A DNA stretch of 64,000 bases. It comes from Octopus sinensis (Eukaryota). The notes beneath the pieces are model-generated. The model was not told the DNA's origin. It saw nothing but the letters and a program-made list of their open reading frames with translations, and searched no databases. Positions 55,677-64,000 of this stretch are shown here, one piece after another; position 1 is the stretch's first letter; every line of letters starts with the position of its first letter. Made by a program: the position numbers and the translations under genes. Location: the NCBI RefSeq assembly GCF_006345805.1, contig NC_043023.1, positions 13,020,001 through 13,084,000 of the forward strand, written 5' to 3'.

Positions 55677-55882
55677 GTTGTTATGGCTGGTTCAAGGCTT
55701 ATCTAGGGTTTCACAACCATAAAGACCTTAGCTTTAGACACATCTCTTCACACCTGAACGGCCAATCTCGAATATTATCTAGCCATACGATATTGGTTAC
55801 CTGGTCCGATGAGACGTGTCTAAAGCTAAGGACTTGATGGGTGCGAAACCCTACGTAAAACTACGAACTGGCCATAGCTAAC
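55677..55882. repeat. Decayed 200-bp fold-back (MITE-like)
   Basis: 55726-55746/55811-55831 pair 20 of 21; 55704-55712/55845-55853 perfect; 55680-55693/55865-55878 pair with G-T. Confidence 0.75.
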
Positions 55883-56215
55883 ATTGTATGTGTGGGTGTG
55901 TGTAAATATACATATATATATATGTGTGTGTGTGTGCGCGCGTATGTGAGTGTTGTGTGGAGGCGTATGTGTGTGTGTCCTTTGGTATGTACGATTCTCT
56001 GTGTGTGTGTGTGTGTGTAAATATACATATGTACATGCGTGTGTGTGTGTGTGTGTGCGTGCTTTGGTATGTACGATTCTGTGTGTGTGTGTGTGTGTGT
56101 AAATATACATATGTACATGTGTGTGTGTTATGTATGTGTGTGTGTATGTGAGTGTGTGTGTATGTGAGTGCGTGCTTTGGTATTTACGATTCTGTGTGTG
56201 TATGTGTAAATATAC

Positions 56216-56256
<41 letters not shown>

Positions 56257-56538
56257 GGTGTGTGCGCGTATGTGAGTGTTGTGTGTGGAGGCGTATCTGT
56301 GTGTGTGCTTTGGTATATACGATTCTGTGTGTATGTGTGTGTGTATAAAATAAAATACATTTCACTTTGGGTTTTTCCGTAGAAGCAAATGACAGCTCGA
56401 TTCTGTTTCCTGCTTGGAAATTTACAGATCTTACAAACACAAACGAATCAGGTAAGAACAAATATGCAAAGCTTTCTTTTCTTCAACTTTAAAATAAGAA
56501 ATTACTGGCATAATTCTACTGTTTTGGGGTTTTTTTTC

Positions 56539-56960
56539 GGCAATCTTTCGTCCCCAGTAGACCTTTCCGTCGATTTCCGTAAAAAAATTTTTTTTTTTAC
56601 ATATGGGCTTGAGGGAACTTTTGAAGTAATGAGAGCGAAAGAGACTAAAGAGAAAGCGATTGTATGACGAGGGAAGTTCTTTTGAAGTTACCGTCCAGGG
56701 GAAGCATTGATGGACATGTGTGTGTGCGTGCGTGTGTGTGTGTGTGTGTGTTTGATGGGGTGTGGGAGACAGACAGTATGTTGTGTAAGTGAAGTGCTTC
56801 TGTTAGTGTGTGTGAAAGTAAGAGATAACTGAAATTTTTTACTCGGTGTATGTGTATATGTATGTATATTACTTCAAAAGTTCCCGCAAGCCCATATGTA
56901 AAAACAATATATTTTTTTACGGAAATCGACGGAAAGGTCTACAAGAGACGAAAGATCGCC
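56539..56960. mobile_element. Mutator-like MITE, same family as 28835, 8-bp TSD TTTTTTTC
   Basis: TSD at 56531-56538 and 56961-56968. Confidence 0.8.
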
Positions 56961-57035
56961 TTTTTTTCCTGTTCTTTTGAGAAATCTGACATCGCGAGAC
57001 CAAAATTCCGCTATAATGTGTAGAATGTATCTTAC

Positions 57036-57198
57036 CTGCTATTGATATAAGGGTCAGTATTTATAGTGAAACCATTTAAAGTATATTAAATGTTCTTCCA
57101 AGAACACAGAAGACGAATCAGATTTTCGTTGAGGGAAGTTTTTGGGTTAAGAAAAAGTAGTTTTTAAAAAGCGACTCGGAAACCGAAATAGCGAAATG
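57036..57198 (-). other. Predicted non-coding exon 1 of gene F (acceptor 52487/52486)
   Basis: Diverged homolog of the exon-1 block with CAG|GTAAGA on minus. Confidence 0.5.
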
Positions 57199-57329
57199 TT
57201 TTGAGGCTGTGTATTCGTGTGTGTGTGTAATAGTTTTGAGGAAGAATATGAATAATTAGAAATTCTTTCGCAAATTTAAGGTTTGCGTTTGGAAGAGGTC
57301 AACAGAAAGTTGAAACAAAAAATAAAAAT

Positions 57330-59082
57330 ATGGAATCTTTTCGGTTTGAACGGCAGTTTTTAACATAATTTCTAGGTAACTAAAAAATTTTAAATATGGG
57401 ATCTTTTCGGTTTGACCGGCAGTTTTTAAAAATAATTTCCACGTAACTAAACACTTTTAAACTTCGTATACTGGTAGAATGTGTTTATAAAACATCTTTT
57501 TCTCTTGGCTTTATTGAGAAAATTCTATAGTTTGAAAGATATTTGTTGTTTTTCTTCTTCAATTTCTGCAATTTCAACCAATCACTGACGTCTATTGAGG
57601 TGAAAACATTCTGTGCCATATGAATATATCCCTCGTTTAAGAAACAGATTGGGTTTATTTACATTTCTGAGGAAAAAAAGATACCCTTCCCCCACCCCTA
57701 ACGGATCTTTTCGCTTTGAACGGCAGTTTTTAAAAATAATTTCCACGTAACTAAACACTTTTAAACTTCGATTACTGGTAGAATATGTTTAAAACATCTT
57801 TTTCTCTTGGCTTTATTGAGAAAATTCTATAGTTTGTAAGATATTTGGGATCTTTTCGGTTTGAACGGCAGTTTTTTAAAATAATTTCCACGTAACTAAA
57901 CACTTTTAAACTTCGTATACTGGTAGAATGTGTTTATAAAACATCTTTTTCTCTTGGCTTTATTGAGAAAATCCTATAGTTTGTAAGATATTTGGGATCT
58001 TTTCGGTTTGACCGGCAGTTTTTTAAAATAATTTCCACGTAACTAAACACTTTTAAACTTCGTATACAGGTAGAATGTGTTTATAAAACATCTTTTTCTC
58101 TTGGCTTTATTGAGAAAATCCTATAGTTTGTAAGATATTTGGGATCTTTTCGGTTTGAACGGCAGTTTTTTAAAATAATTTCCACGTAACTAAACACTTT
58201 TAAACTTCTTATACTGGTAGAATGTGTTTATAAAACATCTTTTTCTCTTGGCTTTATTGAGAAAATTCTATAGTTTGTAAGATATTTGGGATCTTTTCGG
58301 TTTGAACGGCAGTTTTTTAAAATAATTTCCACGTAACTAAACACTTTTAAACTTCCTATACTGGTAGAATATGTTTATAAAACATCTTTTTCTCTTGGCT
58401 TTATTGAGAAAATTCTATAGTTTGTAAGATATTTGGGATCTTTTCGGTTTGAACGGCAGTTTTTTAAAATAATTTCCACGTAACTAAACACTTTTAAACT
58501 TCCTATACTGGTAGAATGTGTTTATAAAACATCTTTTTCTCTTGGCTTTATTGAGAAAATTCTATAGTTTGTAAGATATTTGGATCTTTTCGGTTTGAAC
58601 GGCAGTTTTTTAAAATAATTTCCACGTAACTAAACACTTTTAAACTTCGTATACTGGTAGAATGTGTTTATAAAACATCTTTTTCTCTTGGCTTTATTGA
58701 GAAAATCCTATAGTTTGTAAGATATTTGGGATCTTTTCGGTTTGACCGGCAGTTTTTTAAAATAATTTCCACGTAACTAAACACTTTTAAACTTCGTATA
58801 CAGGTAGAATGTGTTTATAAAACATCTTTTTCTCTTGGCTTTATTGAGAAAATCCTATAGTTTGTAAGATATTTGGGATCTTTTCGGTTTGAACGGCAGT
58901 TTTTTAAAATAATTTCCACGTAACTAAACACTTTTAAACTTCTTATACTGGTAGAATGTGTTTATAAAACATCTTTTTCTCTTGGCTTTATTGAGAAAAT
59001 TCTATAGTTTGTAAGATATTTGTTTTTTTTCTTCAATTTCTGCAATTTCAACCAATCACTGACGTCTATTGAGGTGAAAACA
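57330..59082 (-). repeat. 147-bp satellite, same family as 1-1866, inverted, about 9 tandem copies plus unique flanking segments
   Basis: GAATG anchor at 57926,58073,58220. Confidence 0.95.
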
Positions 59083-59229
59083 CGTCTTCTGCTGAGTCTA
59101 GTAGTTATTCTGTCATTCTCTTTTTGCCGAAGTTCTAAGTTATAGGGACAGAAACACACCAACACCGGTTTTAAAGCAAGGATGGGGGAAAAAACATATG
59201 CACAAACACACACATACTGCATAGCCCCA

Positions 59230-60405
59230 GCCCATTCAAAATACCTTGGATTTCAAAACAACCCGCTGTGCTTGAGGAGACCTATTGAGTCAAGTACATG
59301 AAGATCGAAATAAATATCAAATGGAAATTGTAGTTGTGATACCTGTGCCGGTAGTACATAAAAAGCACCATCCGAACGTGGTTGATGCCAGCGCCGGCCC
59401 GACTGGCTTCTGTGCCCGTGGCACGTAAAAAGCACCATCCGAACGTGGCCGATGCCAGCGCCGCCTTGACTGGCTTCTGTGCCGGTGGCACATAAAAAGC
59501 ACCATCCGAACGTGGCTGATGCCAGCGCCGCCTTGACTGGCTTCTGTACCGGTGGCACGTAAAAAGCACCATCCGAACGTGGCCGATGCCAGCGCCGCCT
59601 TGACTGGTTTCTGTGCCGGTGGCACATAAAAAGCACCATCCGAACGTGGCTGATGCCAGCGCCGCCTTGACTGGCTTCTGTACCGGTGGCACGTAAAAAG
59701 CACCATCCGAACGTGGCCGATGCCAGCGCCGCCTTGACTGGCTTCTGTGCCGGTGGCACATAAAAAGCACCATCCGAACGTGGCTGATGCCAGCGCCGCC
59801 TTGACTGGCTTCTGTACCGGTGGCACATAAAAAGCACCATCCGAACGTGGCTGATGCCAGCGCCGCCTTGACTGGCTTCTGTGCCGGTGGCACGTAAAAA
59901 GCACCATCCGAACGTGGCCGATGCCAGCACCGCCTTGACTGGCTTCTGTGCCAGTGGTACATAAAAAGCACCATCCGAACGTGGCTGATGTCAGCGCCGC
60001 CTCGACTGGCTTCTGTGCCGGTGGCACATAAAAAGCACCATCCGAACGTGGCCGATGCCAGCGCCGCCTTGACTGGCTTCCGTGCCAGTGGTACATAAAA
60101 AGCACCATCCGAACGTGGCCGATGACAGCGCCACCTTGACTGGCTTCCGTGCCAGTGACACGTAAAAAGCACCATCCGATCGTGGCTGATGCCAGACTCC
60201 GCTGGCACCTGTGCCGGTGGCACGTAAATAGCACCCACTACACTCACGGAGTGGTTGGCATTAGGAATGGGCATCCAGCTGTAGAAACATTGCCAGATCA
60301 GACTGGAGCCTGGTGCAGCCTCCTGGCTTCCCAGACCTCGGTCGAACCGTCCAACCCGTGCTAGCACGGAAAACGGACATTAAACGATGATGATGATGAT
60401 GATAT
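59230..60405 (+). mobile_element. SINE-like family 4 element with about 13 copies of a 67-bp internal unit (59340-60200)
   Basis: CCGCCT anchor at 59461,59528,59595; GGTTGGCATTAGGAATGGGCATCCAGC and (GAT)n tail. Confidence 0.85.
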
Positions 60406-60849
60406 ATATATATATATAGATAGGCTTCTTTCTGTTACCATTTACTACATGTTTTCAGAAAGATTTGGTTCACCCATGGCTATAGTAGAAAACACTTGTT
60501 CAAGATGCCATGCAGTGGGACTGAACCCAAAGCCATGTGGATGGGAGCCATGCTGGTGCCTATGATGATGATGACAAACTCAGGGAAAAAAAATTAGCAA
60601 TATTCATCTAGTTAGTAATTATATCAACAACAACAAAAAAATATATTCAATTTAATCAACAATTAACTCTTTAATTAATTGTAATTCTTATTTATTCACA
60701 ATGTTTGGAAATAATTATACATTTTGTCTCGAAGTTTTGAGATTACAATGATGGGATTGTTTATTTTCAGAATGATATTGAAGGGTCGGTGTGAGGGGCC
60801 AGATGCGGCTGATTTAAACTTCAAACAAGGTACAAAATTTAGCTACTCT

Positions 60850-61506
60850 CTCTTCTACTTGTTTCAGTCATTTGACTGCGGCCATGCTGGAGCACTGCCT
60901 TTAGTCGAGCAAATCGACCCCGGGACTTATTCTTTGTAAGCCTAGTACTTATTCTATCGGTCACTTTTGCCGAACTGCTAAGTTTACTCTTTTACTTGTT
61001 TCAGTCATTTGACTGCGGCCATGCTGGAGCACCGCCTTTAGTCGAGCAAATTGACCCCAGGACTTATTCTTTGTAAGCCTAGTACTTATTCTATCGGTCA
61101 CTTTTGCCGAACCGCTAAGTTTACTCTTTTACTTGTTTTAGTCATTTGACTGCGGCCATGCTGTAGCACCGCCTTTAGTCGAGCAAATCGACCCCAGGAC
61201 TTATTCTTTTGTAAGCCCAGTACTTATTCTGTCGGTCTATTTTGCCGAACTGCTAAGTGACGGGGACGTAAACACACCAGCATCGGTTGTCAAGCAATGC
61301 TAGGGGGACACACAGACACACACGCACATATATACATATATATATACGACGGGCTTCTTTCAGTTTCCGTCTACCAAATCCACTCACAAGGCATTGGTCA
61401 GCCCGAGGCTATAGCAGAAGACACTTGCCCAAGATGCCATGCAGTGGGACTGAACCCGGAACCATGTGGTTGGTAAGCAAGCTACTTACCACACAGCCAC
61501 TCCTGT
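60850..61506 (-). mobile_element. SINE family 2 with three 137-bp tandem segments, same insertion point as 10161 copy
   Basis: Same junction CAGAATCATAAC|AGGAG on minus. Confidence 0.88.
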
Positions 61507-61539
61507 TATGATTCTGTATGAATACATACATATTTAGTT

Positions 61540-63234
<1,695 letters not shown>

Positions 63235-64000
63235 AATTTCCCTTCTCTTTTCTACAATTTACAGGTGTTTTCCTTGTTTCCGTTCTTTTTATATACTGAT
63301 CCTAATAAATATATTTCTTTTCAAAATATAATTATTTGCAACACAACCAGTTTTAGTACCAAAAGGCAATCTTTACACCCAACTTAATGTAGCTGTCTTG
63401 TTAGAATGTTGAATATTGTGATATTGGCCTTCACAGGTCTACACATATAAATGCTTGCTGCATAAAACCACAAATATATATCAGACACATAGCAGAGAAG
63501 AATCATCTGGTATGGGCGCCTGAAGGATTCTTATCAATTGTGATCATTGCCAATGTTTGAAGATGCTGCAAGGTCTTTCACACAGACACACAGACAGAAT
63601 ATGTTTGTCCAGTTTTGTTAGAATGACAAATGAAAATCTTCTCCTAAGCATTCAAGTCCTTGAAGAAGAAGAAGAGACCTGCTGCTGCCTATTACAAATT
63701 GTCTCGGCTCCAAAGAACTATTTTCCTGTAAGACACCAAAGATCCATTCTACGAAGAACATTTCCTTCCAGTCTTTAAAAGATGCTGTACCTCGATGCAA
63801 CCAATTCTTTGATGCCAATGTCATTTGATATTCTGAAAGAAGAGAGAAATAACAGAGTAAGACAGAGAAGATAGTCAACCGTTTAGCATTTAAAGCAAAT
63901 GTTATCAGGCCCAAGTATTTTACCTGTTTTAATGTTCAAACTGCACATATCTGGCCTCTCACACCTCTAATATATACACTCTTTACTCTTTTACTTGTTT

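Noticed and set aside
59340-60200. CRISPR-like appearance of regular repeats (also the 47-, 137- and 147-bp arrays)
   Set aside because: Units are contiguous with no unique spacers, no cas genes, eukaryotic context
59253-60367. Three long minus-strand ORFs of 225-361 aa
   Set aside because: Produced by a stop-poor 67-bp tandem unit; since 67 is not a multiple of 3, the same peptides cycle through all frames

Overview
Eukaryotic, AT-rich, repeat-dense genomic DNA. The organism is inferred to be an octopus (coleoid cephalopod) from the clustered C2H2 zinc-finger genes, very long (TA)n tracts and tRNA-derived SINEs; the species cannot be determined. The window holds seven paralogous C2H2-ZNF units, called A-G here: A 5291+, B 7556+ (split by a Helitron), C 21071+, D 30567+, E 43123+, F 52401-, G 63234-. 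B-G share a near-invariant 55-aa N-terminus but carry mosaic finger arrays. C-F each show a predicted non-coding first exon and one 5' intron; G has the same acceptor. Between the genes lie SINEs (several internally tandem-amplified), Helitrons, Mutator-like and piggyBac-like MITEs, CR1 and RTE LINE remnants, and two inverted arrays of a 147-bp satellite. The most notable signal not explained by the ORF track is a set of short fold-back insertions next to (TA)n microsatellites. Several carry type I hammerhead ribozymes with palindromic stem III (clearest at 15728-15772; also 38025-38140, 54457-54499 and their inverted partners), consistent with non-autonomous Penelope-like retroelements. All folding and alignment was done by eye; no database was searched.
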